The translations under genes and the position numbers were made by a program. A stretch of 40,971 nt of DNA from Nitrospirales bacterium (GTDB lineage: Bacteria; Nitrospirota; Nitrospiria; Nitrospirales; NS-4). Numbering within the stretch: position 1 is the stretch's first letter; every line of letters begins with the position of its first letter. The stretch is taken from contig JAUSHW010000006.1 in NCBI GenBank assembly GCA_030648395.1, positions 1-40,971 of the forward strand, read 5' to 3'. A model generated the notes under the pieces. That model ran no database searches. It had not been told where the DNA came from and saw nothing but the letters and a program-made list of their open reading frames with translations. Positions 7,737 through 18,915 of this stretch are shown here, piece by piece.

Positions 7737-8756
7737 TTACGACCGGATGGTGTCTTCGAGCCGTTTCAGGCTCGCAGGCTGGCCGAGGACGATCAGCTTA
7801 TCGCCTTCGCCCAGCCGGGCCTCCTTGCCGGGATTGAACTCCATGTGGCCGTTGCTGCGTTTGACGGCCACCACGATCAGCCCCCGGTCACCATCCACCC
7901 CGCAATCACAGACCGCCCGGCCGGCGAAGCGCGAGCCGCTTGCGATCGTGAACTCTTCCATCTGCAGGTCGAGGTGCTCGCTGGCGGTGGCCAGCTCCAG
8001 GAAATCCACGACTGCAGGACGGATCAAGGCCTGCGCGACCTGCATCCCTCCGATCAGATACGGCGACGACACGCGGTTGGCTCCGGCCCGCAACAGTTTC
8101 TGCTCCGACCCTTCCTCCCCGGCTCGCGCAACGATGTACAGGTCTTTCTTCAGCCCCCTGGCTGTCAGCACGATGTAGAGGTTCTGGGTGTCCGTGTTGA
8201 CCACCGAGACCAGAGCCTTGGCCCGTTCAATGCCTGCCTGGATGAGCACTGCGTCCAGCGTCGCGTCCCCTTCGATCGCCACGATGCCTTCCCGTTGCAG
8301 CGCGGCGATGACTTCCGGGTCTTTCTCGATGACGACGAACGGCAGCGGCTTCGCGCGCAGCTCCTTGCAGATGCGTTTGCCCATCCGGCCATAGCCACAG
8401 ACGATGTAGTGATCGGTCAGTGTGCGCATTTTTTCCTCGATCCGGTATTTTCCAAAGACTGCCCGCAGCTCTCCCTCCAGCAGCAAGCGGGCCACGTTCC
8501 CCAGGACATAAAACAAGGTTCCCACCCCGCTGATGATCAGCACAATCGTGAAGGCGCGCCCGGCGGCTGACAGGGGGTGCACTTCCGAAAAGCCGACCGT
8601 CATGACCGTCGTCACGGTCATGTATAGGGCGTCAAAGGCAGACCAGCCCTCAATCACGACATAGCCGATGGTCCCCAGCACCATGACCACGCCGACAATG
8701 ATGACGGCCAGCGCGAGCTGCCGGGCAGGGTCCACAGGGCGGGGTACGACCGGCAT
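7737..8756 (-). CDS. Two-TM ion channel with cytoplasmic RCK (TrkA-N/TrkA-C) domains, MthK-like; non-canonical selectivity filter
   Basis: TM1, pore helix, filter (YMTVTTVMTVGFSEV) and TM2, followed by the Rossmann motif HYIVCGYGRMGKRI and a TrkA-C-like C-terminus (EEFTIASGSRFAGRAV...GDKLIVLG). Confidence 0.85.
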   Translation of the reverse strand: MPVVPRPVDPARQLALAVIIVGVVMVLGTIGYVVIEGWSAFDALYMTVTTVMTVGFSEVHPLSAAGRAFTIVLIISGVGTLFYVLGNVARLLLEGELRAVFGKYRIEEKMRTLTDHYIVCGYGRMGKRICKELRAKPLPFVVIEKDPEVIAALQREGIVAIEGDATLDAVLIQAGIERAKALVSVVNTDTQNLYIVLTARGLKKDLYIVARAGEEGSEQKLLRAGANRVSSPYLIGGMQVAQALIRPAVVDFLELATASEHLDLQMEEFTIASGSRFAGRAVCDCGVDGDRGLIVVAVKRSNGHMEFNPGKEARLGEGDKLIVLGQPASLKRLEDTIRS

Positions 8757-8828
8757 CGGCTACAACCCTCTCATGAATATGGAACACAGAAAGAGGACAG
8801 GCCGATTTCTGAAAAAGCAGCCGGTCCG

Positions 8829-11702
<2,874 letters not shown>

Positions 11703-11793
11703 GAATGTCTGGCAAGGATGCTCACTCCCGAAGATTATCACGGTCGGATTCGTTTGCCAAGAGGGTGGCGGGTAGGGTAATCATGGGTCGCGC

Positions 11794-13464
11794 ATGAAAG
11801 AAACATTCGACGCCATCCATGACATTCTGATCGTCGGGGCGGGCCTGGCCGGCATGCGGGCGGCCGTCGCGGCGGAGGCGGGACTCGACGTCGCCGTCAT
11901 CTCCAAGGTGCATCCCGTGCGCAGCCATTCCGTCGCGGCACAGGGCGGCATCAACGCGGCCCTGGGCGCGGGCGACTCCTGGGAGAAGCACGCCCACGAC
12001 ACCACGAAGGGCGGCCTGTGGCTCGGCGATCAGGACGCCATCGAGGTGATGTGTCGCGAGGCGCCCGACGACATCCGCGAGCTGGAGCGGATGGGCGTGA
12101 TCTTCAGCCGGGACGCGCAGGGGCGGATCGCGCAGCGTCCGTTCGGGGGCGCCGGCTTCCCGCGCACCTGCTACGCCGCGGACCGCACCGGCCACGCGCT
12201 CCTGCACGCGATGTACGAGCAACTCCTGAAGCGCCAGGTGCGGGTCTATGAAGAATGGTACGTCACGGCCCTCATCGTCGAGGATGGCGTCTGCCGGGGC
12301 GTCGTCGCGTGGGACATCCTGAACGGCGGCCTGCGCGTCATCGGGGCCAGTGCCGTCATCCTGGCCACCGGCGGGTGCAGCCGGATCTACCTCACCAGCA
12401 CCAACGCCGTGATCAACACGGGGGACGGCATGAGCATGGCCTACCGGGCCGGCGCGCCGCTGATGGACATGGAGTTCATCCAGTTCCACCCGACCACGCT
12501 GAAGGACACCGGCATTCTCATCACCGAAGGGGCGCGCGGCGAGGGCGGCTACCTGTTGAACACGCTGGGCGAGCGGTTCATGCAGCGCTATGCGCCGGAG
12601 CAAATGGAGCTGGCCACACGGTCCACCGTCTCGCTGGCGATCGGGACGGAGATTGCCGAAGGGCGCGGCGTGGACGGCTGCATCCTGCTGGACCTGCGCC
12701 ACCTGGGCCGCGAGCGGATCGCCGAGCGGCTGCCGCAGATCCGCCAGCTCGCGGTGGACTTCGCGGGCGTGGACCCCATCGAGTCCCCGATCCCGGTGCG
12801 GCCGGGGGCCCATTACGCGATGGGCGGCATCAAAACCAACGTGTGGGGCGAGACCTCTGTCCCCGGTCTGTACGCGGCTGGCGAGTGCGCCTGTGTCAGC
12901 ATCCACGGGGCAAACCGGCTGGGGGGGAACTCCCTGCTGGAGACCATTGTCTTCGGCCGGCGGGCCGGCCTGCGGGCCTCCGAGTACGCGCGGTCGGCGC
13001 CGCCGCCGTCGGGCGACGCCGGGTTTCTCCAGCGCGAGCAGGCGCGGATCGCCGGCCTGTTGAAGAACGACGGGCCAGAGCGGCCGTGGCAGGTGCGTGA
13101 TGAACTGGGCCAGGTTCTGGCTCTCCATCTCGGGCTCGTCCGGAGGCAGGACAGGATGGCCGAGGCGCTGTCCTTGGTGCGGGCGCTGAAAGTTCGCGCC
13201 GAGCGCGTCCACGTGGAAGATAAGAGCCACACTTTCAATACCGATCTCATCTCCGCGCTGGAGCTGGGATCGCTGGTCGAGCTGGCCGAGACGGTCGTGG
13301 CTGGGGCTCTGGCGCGGGAGGAGTCACGCGGCGCCCATTACCGATCCGATTTTCCAAAACGGGACGACGCGCGCTGGCTCATGCACCAGCTCTGCCATCA
13401 TACGCCCGACGGCCCGCGGCTCGATCACGCGCCCGTTACCATCACGCGGTTCCCGCCGGCGTAG
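11794..13464 (+). CDS. sdhA: Succinate dehydrogenase/fumarate reductase-type flavoprotein subunit (orphan: no Fe-S or anchor subunit adjacent)
   Basis: [15 protein letters not shown] is the FAD fold. [16 protein letters not shown] is the covalent-FAD His motif typical of SdhA/FrdA rather than NadB. Also FIQFHPT and [12 protein letters not shown]. The next gene is a MarR regulator, not sdhB. Confidence 0.85.
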   Translation: MKETFDAIHDILIVGAGLAGMRAAVAAEAGLDVAVISKVHPVRSHSVAAQGGINAALGAGDSWEKHAHDTTKGGLWLGDQDAIEVMCREAPDDIRELERMGVIFSRDAQGRIAQRPFGGAGFPRTCYAADRTGHALLHAMYEQLLKRQVRVYEEWYVTALIVEDGVCRGVVAWDILNGGLRVIGASAVILATGGCSRIYLTSTNAVINTGDGMSMAYRAGAPLMDMEFIQFHPTTLKDTGILITEGARGEGGYLLNTLGERFMQRYAPEQMELATRSTVSLAIGTEIAEGRGVDGCILLDLRHLGRERIAERLPQIRQLAVDFAGVDPIESPIPVRPGAHYAMGGIKTNVWGETSVPGLYAAGECACVSIHGANRLGGNSLLETIVFGRRAGLRASEYARSAPPPSGDAGFLQREQARIAGLLKNDGPERPWQVRDELGQVLALHLGLVRRQDRMAEALSLVRALKVRAERVHVEDKSHTFNTDLISALELGSLVELAETVVAGALAREESRGAHYRSDFPKRDDARWLMHQLCHHTPDGPRLDHAPVTITRFPPA

Positions 13465-13557
13465 GATGGGACAGGGGTTTATCTGAATGTGTCAGCTGTG
13501 TTATGGTAGCGAACAGTTCGGATTCATCCGGAGTCATTTTTCAGGCAGGGGGCATTG

Positions 13558-14223
13558 ATGAAAGCACAGGAGACGGAACAGCCCGATTTCACGACGCATC
13601 CTCCGGCCTCGCGGATCGCCGACGGCCTGGACAAGCTCGCGAAGGTCATCCGCCAGCAGGCGTGGGGCGAGGCGTGGGGCCGGGGCTTGACGCCCACGCA
13701 GGGCCAGGTCCTGCTCTCGTTGATCCACCATCCCGAAAAACGGAAGACGCTCCCTGAGATCGCGGCCGATCTTTGCGTGAGCAAAGTGACGGCCTGCCTG
13801 ACCATTCAGGTGCTGGTCCGCAAGAAGCTCGTTCGGAAGGAGCGGCGGAAGCGGGTGTTGGACAAGCTCTATGTGAAGCTCACGCCGAAAGGGGAGGAGG
13901 CGGCCAGCCAGGCTACCCAGTGGACGGGCCTGCTCGTGCCGATCATTGAGACGCTCCCGCCGGCCCAGCAGGTCGATCTGCATCGCGCGCTCGTCCGGCT
14001 GATCGTGACGCTGCAGGAGCGCAAGGAAATCGCCGTCAGTCAGATGTGCGTCACATGCTCCCACTTCAGGGCCAACGTTCACGACAATCCCGCCGCGCCG
14101 CACCACTGCGAACTCGTCGGCCAGCCGTTCGGGGACGGCCAGATCCGGCTGAACTGCCAGGAGCACCAGAAAACCACGAACCTCATCCAGCTCGACCGCT
14201 GGCGCACGGCCCAGCACGCCTAG
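13558..14223 (+). CDS. MarR-family winged-helix regulator with a C-terminal Cys/His-rich extension
   Basis: The wHTH core is LTPTQGQVLLSLIHHPEKRKTLPEIAADLCVSKVTACLTIQVLVRKKLVRKE. The C-terminal tail is CVTCSHF..H..HHC...C..H. The ATG at 13558 lies after GCAGGGGG; a TTG at 13555 is also possible. Confidence 0.7.
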   Translation: MKAQETEQPDFTTHPPASRIADGLDKLAKVIRQQAWGEAWGRGLTPTQGQVLLSLIHHPEKRKTLPEIAADLCVSKVTACLTIQVLVRKKLVRKERRKRVLDKLYVKLTPKGEEAASQATQWTGLLVPIIETLPPAQQVDLHRALVRLIVTLQERKEIAVSQMCVTCSHFRANVHDNPAAPHHCELVGQPFGDGQIRLNCQEHQKTTNLIQLDRWRTAQHA

Positions 14224-14226
14224 CCG

Positions 14227-15705
14227 TTACCGCATCCCGCCCCAGCGGAAGCCCTTCACGTCCTTGATCTGCGGTTTGGGCGGGGGCGCGGCGGCGAGCT
14301 TCTCCAGCAGCAGTACCTTGAAATCCCACAGCCCGAACCATGCCGGATCGGAAATCTCGTGATAATGGTGGCCTAGCAGCCGCGGCAGCATGTCGCCCAT
14401 GGTCTGCTTGAATTCCGATTCCGTATAGGCGCGGATGGCGAACGGCTTCCCCTCCGCCTCGCAGAAGCGCCGGATCGCGTACGCGGCGCCTGTGCAGAGC
14501 ACACGCGTGTCGGGCTTGATGCCGAGGAACTGCGGCAGCGCGCCGTACTTTTCCTGAAAGCCCAGCCAGCGCGCGGCCTGCCGGAGGTGGCCGAAATGCG
14601 TTTCGTACTCGGTGTGCCCTGGCAGCTTCACGGGCGCCGACCAGCCCTCCTCGATGCCGAACTCCACGAGGAAGGCGCGCCCGCCCGGCTTGAGCACGCG
14701 CCAGACCTCGCGGAGAAAGCGCAGCGGCCCCAGGTTGAAGATGAACTCCGCCGGCATGTCCTTGTCCAGTGACAGCCCGGCCCGCCTGATCCACTCCAGC
14801 GCCTCCTGATGCAGCGGCGTCTCCCCCCTGCCGGATTCGACTTCCTCCCTGGACAGTTTGACCGGCGTCATGTCGGCCATGTTCTCGTTGTCCACGATCA
14901 GGTCCACGCTGGCGTCTTTGAGGGGGAGAAACTCGCCGTTGGCCTGGACGCCGGTCGGGTTCCACCCACCCTCCCTGCCCAGCGCCAACTGGGACTCCAG
15001 GAAGGGCCGGGTGATGTCGAGGAAGACATACCGGACTCCCTCGCGTTCCTCCGCGGAGAGCCCCCTGGCCAGCTCGCGCGCTACGTAGCCGAGCCCCCCT
15101 CCGACTTCCACGATGGTGCGGGGCTTGCGCGTCCACCAGCCGAGCTTCCGGAAATTGTGGGCGAGCAGGCGCCCGTAGGTGAGCCCGTCGAGCGCCGCAG
15201 TCGGGTCCCGGAACAGATGCGACACGGTGGTCTCGATGTTCTCGAAATGGTCCTGCTGTGTGGCGATGTCATGCACGTGAAAGTCCGAGAGGTGGCCCGC
15301 GCCTTCGAACTCCGTCGAGCCGGACCAGCCCTCCCGGATCTTCTGCAGCAGCAGGTCCCAGCGGGCGTCGCCGCGGTCCTTCGCCGGCACCTCCGCGCCG
15401 TAGTAGCAGAGGGAGTAGCGGGGCAGGGACCAGTGTTCGAGGCACCAGCGGCCGGTCTCGCCATTGGGCCCGCAGATCCGGCTGCCGAACTTCGTGAGCA
15501 GCAAGCCGACCGCAGTCTGGCCGTCCATGGCGGAGAGCAGCGTGGCGCCTTCTCGGTTGATGCGCATCAGCGGGACGGCGTCGTCGAGCGGGGTGAGCCA
15601 CCATTCGTCGTCCGCGTGTTGATACACCACCATGTCGGGCATCCGCCAGGCGCGGAGCGCCAGCACGTCGTCCGTCAGCGCCCGCGCGTCCACTATCCCT
15701 CCCAC
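14227..15705 (-). CDS. Fusion protein: N-terminal PqqD/RRE-like domain plus class I SAM-dependent methyltransferase
   Basis: Residues about 37-74 (LTPLDDAVPLMRINREGATLLSAMDGQTAVGLLLTKFG) match the PqqD-family pattern (..LN..a..i...lDG..t...i). IVEVGGGLGYVARELA is SAM motif I, followed by DLIVDNENMADM and LKPGGRAFLVEFG. The start is GTG 15705 or GTG 15693; the latter follows GGGAGGG and shares one nt with the upstream stop. Confidence 0.65.
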   Translation of the reverse strand: MGGIVDARALTDDVLALRAWRMPDMVVYQHADDEWWLTPLDDAVPLMRINREGATLLSAMDGQTAVGLLLTKFGSRICGPNGETGRWCLEHWSLPRYSLCYYGAEVPAKDRGDARWDLLLQKIREGWSGSTEFEGAGHLSDFHVHDIATQQDHFENIETTVSHLFRDPTAALDGLTYGRLLAHNFRKLGWWTRKPRTIVEVGGGLGYVARELARGLSAEEREGVRYVFLDITRPFLESQLALGREGGWNPTGVQANGEFLPLKDASVDLIVDNENMADMTPVKLSREEVESGRGETPLHQEALEWIRRAGLSLDKDMPAEFIFNLGPLRFLREVWRVLKPGGRAFLVEFGIEEGWSAPVKLPGHTEYETHFGHLRQAARWLGFQEKYGALPQFLGIKPDTRVLCTGAAYAIRRFCEAEGKPFAIRAYTESEFKQTMGDMLPRLLGHHYHEISDPAWFGLWDFKVLLLEKLAAAPPPKPQIKDVKGFRWGGMR

Positions 15706-16169
15706 AGTGGCGTGGTGACCGAGTAGGCCGGGTCGTCGAGGTCCTCGATGTACGGCTGGTCGGCCTGGCCTTCAAAATAATACTTGGCGGAGAGGCGGGC
15801 GAGAAACTGTTCCGGCGTGAGGCGTCCCGCCAGAAGGCCGTGCTCGTGCGGGCGCAGGGCCAGCAGCACGTACCGGATGAAATGCGGCTGGCAGAAGGCG
15901 AACAGCCCCTCCGGCTCATCGAAAATCAAATCCGCTGGACTCGCGCAGAGGGCGCAGGACGAGGGCGCCCACGCGGAGGCAGAGGGCTGCCTTTTGCGGA
16001 TCACCATTGCCAGTTGATCGGGAGACAGGCGGCGGGCGGCGAACTTGGTCACGTGGTCCGGGCAGAGCGTGAACCGCCCGGTCGGGGTTACGACCGACTC
16101 GACCCGCCCGGACTCGCAGATCGCACACACCGGCTTCGCCTTGGAGGACGCAATCGAAATCAGCGCCAT
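15693..16169 (-). CDS. Tandem zinc-ribbon (CxxC...CxxH x2) protein with an acidic C-terminal tail
   Basis: Internal duplication: CAICESGRVESVVTPTGRFTLCPDH + helix, and CALCASPADLIFDEPEGLFAFCQPH + helix. The tail is YYFEGQADQPYIEDLDDPAYSVTTPLWEG. The ATG at 16169 is preferred over the TTG at 16244 because GC3 drops between them. The gene overlaps the downstream methyltransferase gene. Confidence 0.55.
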   Translation of the reverse strand: MALISIASSKAKPVCAICESGRVESVVTPTGRFTLCPDHVTKFAARRLSPDQLAMVIRKRQPSASAWAPSSCALCASPADLIFDEPEGLFAFCQPHFIRYVLLALRPHEHGLLAGRLTPEQFLARLSAKYYFEGQADQPYIEDLDDPAYSVTTPLWEG

Positions 16170-16276
16170 GGTCACAGGATAGAAACCGACTGGAAGGCTG
16201 TCAAGATTCTGGTTTGCAAGCACCGGGCCCTGTGTTATTCTCAAAAATACTGGCGGCTATTCTGAGGGGTGGGCTC

Positions 16277-16390
16277 ATGTCGGAAGTCATCGGCTGGAAC
16301 GTGTTTTCGGTGGCGTTGGCCGTGCTCGGAATCGTGATCGCCTACGCGGTGCACATGAGAAAGAAAACCCCCGAACCTCCCAAGAAATGA
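16277..16390 (+). CDS. Candidate 37-aa single-TM small protein
   Basis: Not in the ORF track because it is under 60 aa. My translation is MSEVIGWNVFSVALAVLGIVIAYAVHMRKKTPEPPKK-stop. GAGGGGTGGG lies 4-13 nt upstream of the ATG. High GC3. One hydrophobic helix plus a basic tail. Confidence 0.35.
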   Translation: MSEVIGWNVFSVALAVLGIVIAYAVHMRKKTPEPPKK

Positions 16391-16397
16391 CCGGACG

Positions 16398-16709
16398 CTA
16401 AAAATCCACTTCCAGGTCTCCGACCTCTTCGAGCGTTTTCCTGATCCCCCGGCTCTTCATCGTCTCCGAGACCTTCTTCAGGAACGCGGTGTCCTCGTCG
16501 GTTATCACGCCCCGGAAATCCACCTCGTCCCAGTGGACGATGATCTTGATGTACGGGCATTCTCCCTTCCGGTCCGGCACGACCCATTTCACCTGGAGCA
16601 GATCGCCCCACTCGCCGCCCGGATGATGCTTGTCCCAAAAGCTGTGCGGCCCTTCGAAGACCGGAGGCCAGAGGGCCTTCATCTTTTCGTGATCGCGTAG
16701 TTTCACCAT
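16398..16709 (-). CDS. Hypothetical protein (~103 aa)
   Basis: ORF 16398..16754. The ATG at 16709 (MVKLRDHEKMKALWPP...) is the likely start. No recognisable motif. Confidence 0.5.
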   Translation of the reverse strand: MVKLRDHEKMKALWPPVFEGPHSFWDKHHPGGEWGDLLQVKWVVPDRKGECPYIKIIVHWDEVDFRGVITDEDTAFLKKVSETMKSRGIRKTLEEVGDLEVDF

Positions 16710-16878
16710 GGCGGCAGGAGTATACCTGATGCGGACTGAATCACGCCAGACCACCGTTGCGGCGCTTGTTATCGAAATCCAGCGGCGTTGGGGGAGGGAT
16801 GCTGTGGTTTGACTCTTGGCTTCGACTGGCTTATCTTGCGGGGCAGGGTTTCAGTTGAAGAAGGGAGGGCGAACTGAG

Positions 16879-17367
16879 ATGCGATCAAGAATGGGGCTCA
16901 TCTCGGCTGTGTTCGTTGGAATGGTCGCGGTCGCCTGCGTGACGTTTGCGCAAGCCCCGCCGCCGGCATCTCCGGCCCCTGCCCTGGCCGAGCCCGAACT
17001 GTTCGTGCCGTCGCTCGCGTTGATCAAGGACAAAGAGGGCAAGTACACGCTTGTCGCCCTGACCTACATGCCCAATTCCTGTTACCGGGCCATCCTTGCA
17101 AAGGAAGGATTCCCAGCGAAAGAAACAGAGTCCGATGCGGAAGGGGTCCAGCTCATCATCAAAACGAGGGATCCGGGAAAACTGTGCGCCAAGATGAAGT
17201 GGCCGGTGATCCACCAGCTTGCCGGGCTCAAACCCGGGAAGGGGAAAACCATGATCTGGGCCTATGTGGTGCAGGACGGGAAGGTCCAGGGAAAAGCCAA
17301 AGTCAGCCTCTCCTCGGCGCGTGACATCAACTCCTTGGTCGGCGATGAAGTTCCGGCTCCGTTCTAA
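16879..17367 (+). CDS. Secreted hypothetical protein
   Basis: AAGGGAGGG Shine-Dalgarno sequence, then the ATG at 16879. Signal peptide MRSRMGLISAVFVGMVAVACVTFAQA. Two Cys residues in the mature part. Confidence 0.6.
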   Translation: MRSRMGLISAVFVGMVAVACVTFAQAPPPASPAPALAEPELFVPSLALIKDKEGKYTLVALTYMPNSCYRAILAKEGFPAKETESDAEGVQLIIKTRDPGKLCAKMKWPVIHQLAGLKPGKGKTMIWAYVVQDGKVQGKAKVSLSSARDINSLVGDEVPAPF

Positions 17368-17376
17368 GCAGTCCCG

Positions 17377-18045
17377 TTGAACCGATCCCCCTCCAAAGCG
17401 TTGCTCTGCTGGAGCAGCGGCAAGGACAGCGCCTGGACGCTGCACGTGCTGCGCCGGCGCCGTGACGTGGAAGTGGTCGGGCTGCTGACCACCATCAATA
17501 CCGCATATGAACGTGTTGCCATGCACGCTGTCCGCGTGGCTCTCCTCGAAGCGCAAGCTGAGGCGGCGGGACTGCCGCTGTGGACGGTGCCGATTCCGAA
17601 CCCCTGCAGCAATCAGGAGTACGAATCCGCGATGGGCGACGCGGTGAGGAAGGCGCTCGCCGCGGGCATCACCATGATGGCGTTCGGCGATCTCTTTCTT
17701 GAGGACGTGCGCCGTTACCGGGAGACACAGCTTACCGGCACGGGCCTGACGCCGATCTTTCCGGTCTGGGGCCTGCCGACGGATGCGCTGGCGCGGGACA
17801 TGGTCGCGGCGGGCCTGCGGGCGCGCCTTACCTGCGTGGACCCGAAGCAGTTGCCCGCGTCATTCGCGGGCCGTGAATTCGACGCGGCGCTGCTTGCGGA
17901 CCTGCCTGCTTCAGTGGACCCCTGCGGCGAGCGGGGCGAGTTCCACACCTTCGCCTACGCCGGTCCGATGTTCCGCCAGCCCGTGCCGATCCGGACCGGT
18001 GAGATCGTCACCCGCGACGGCTTCGTCTTCGCGGACCTTATTTAA
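17377..18045 (+). CDS. Adenine-nucleotide alpha-hydrolase superfamily protein (DUF71 / Dph6-like ATP pyrophosphatase)
   Basis: PP-loop-like N-terminus LLCWSSGKDSAW. FGDLFLEDVRRYRE and the C-terminal GERGEFHTF motif are typical of the MJ0570/Dph6-related family. TTG start. Confidence 0.7.
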   Translation: MNRSPSKALLCWSSGKDSAWTLHVLRRRRDVEVVGLLTTINTAYERVAMHAVRVALLEAQAEAAGLPLWTVPIPNPCSNQEYESAMGDAVRKALAAGITMMAFGDLFLEDVRRYRETQLTGTGLTPIFPVWGLPTDALARDMVAAGLRARLTCVDPKQLPASFAGREFDAALLADLPASVDPCGERGEFHTFAYAGPMFRQPVPIRTGEIVTRDGFVFADLI

Positions 18046-18083
18046 AACGATCCTGCACGACTTGGGTGGGCGGGGCGTGCGTT

Positions 18084-18419
18084 TCAAGCGGGATCGGCGG
18101 GGACGGCCGTTGGCGGACCGCCCTTGCGATGTTGCCGGCGGCGGTCCAGCCACCAGGCCAGCAGGGGGAGGGTGAGGGGCGCGCCCGGGAGTACCACCAC
18201 CACCAGGTAGGGACTCAGGTCGGAGAGACGCCGGAGATAGGCGCGAAGCTCGGCCCGGTCTTCCTTGGTCCACCGCTGTTTGTTCCGGGGCTTCATCAGG
18301 AGGGGCATGAGCCCCTTGATCTGCACGGCCTCGGCCAGGATGCGCTTGCGTTCGCGCTCCTGCAACTCCCACACGTAGGAGACGGCGCTGGTAAAGCGGA
18401 CGAAGATTACACGGCTCAC
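18084..18419 (-). CDS. LETM1-like domain membrane protein (tentative)
   Basis: The GTG at 18419 overlaps the upstream stop (GTGA). RAELRAYLRRLSDLSPYLVVVVLPGAPLTLPLLAWWL resembles the LETM1 signature (..DL.rLvPFlVFvvVPF.EfLLP..). The rest of the 133-aa ORF upstream lies inside the previous gene. Confidence 0.5.
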   Translation of the reverse strand: MSRVIFVRFTSAVSYVWELQERERKRILAEAVQIKGLMPLLMKPRNKQRWTKEDRAELRAYLRRLSDLSPYLVVVVLPGAPLTLPLLAWWLDRRRQHRKGGPPTAVPADPA

Positions 18420-18913
18420 GGGGTTTTTTCGGAGGACGCCGCCAGCCGGGAGCGATAGCGCGCAATGAGATGGCGCTGCAGCCACATACCCCCGGCCACG
18501 AGCGCAACAATGAAGACCACGAGCCCGACCAGGCGGCCGTCGCCGGCGCCCTCCTTCGCGTAGACTTTGCCGTCTGTGCCTTTAACGAGCACCATGTCCT
18601 GCTGGTTCCGGTACACTTTTCCGGAAGGATCGCCCAGGTTGATCCACTCCTGGCAGAGCCGCACCGGCTCCTTCTCGCCGACCGGGTTGTACCAGGCCAG
18701 ACGGAGGCAGACGTCGTGGCCGGGATCGAAGAAGTCGCGGTCCGCAAAGATCCGGTCCAGGTCCAGGCCGCTGCCCCACAGGACCAGGAGGAAGAGGGCG
18801 TTGATCCCGATGATGAAGCCGATGGTCAGGCCGACGGTGAAACGCTTGACCCGGATCGTGTTCCGCTGCTCCGAGGCGGTCTGCGCTGTCGCGTCCATGG
18901 CCAGCGTGTCCAT
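18416..18913 (-). CDS. Two-TM membrane protein, hypothetical
   Basis: The real part of the 18416..19363 ORF begins at the ATG at 18913 (MDTLAMDATAQ), 2 nt after the argB stop. TM helices are VGLTIGFIIGINALFLLVLWG and LVGLVVFIVALVAGGMW. Confidence 0.55.
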   Translation of the reverse strand: MDTLAMDATAQTASEQRNTIRVKRFTVGLTIGFIIGINALFLLVLWGSGLDLDRIFADRDFFDPGHDVCLRLAWYNPVGEKEPVRLCQEWINLGDPSGKVYRNQQDMVLVKGTDGKVYAKEGAGDGRLVGLVVFIVALVAGGMWLQRHLIARYRSRLAASSEKTP

Positions 18914-18915
18914 GC

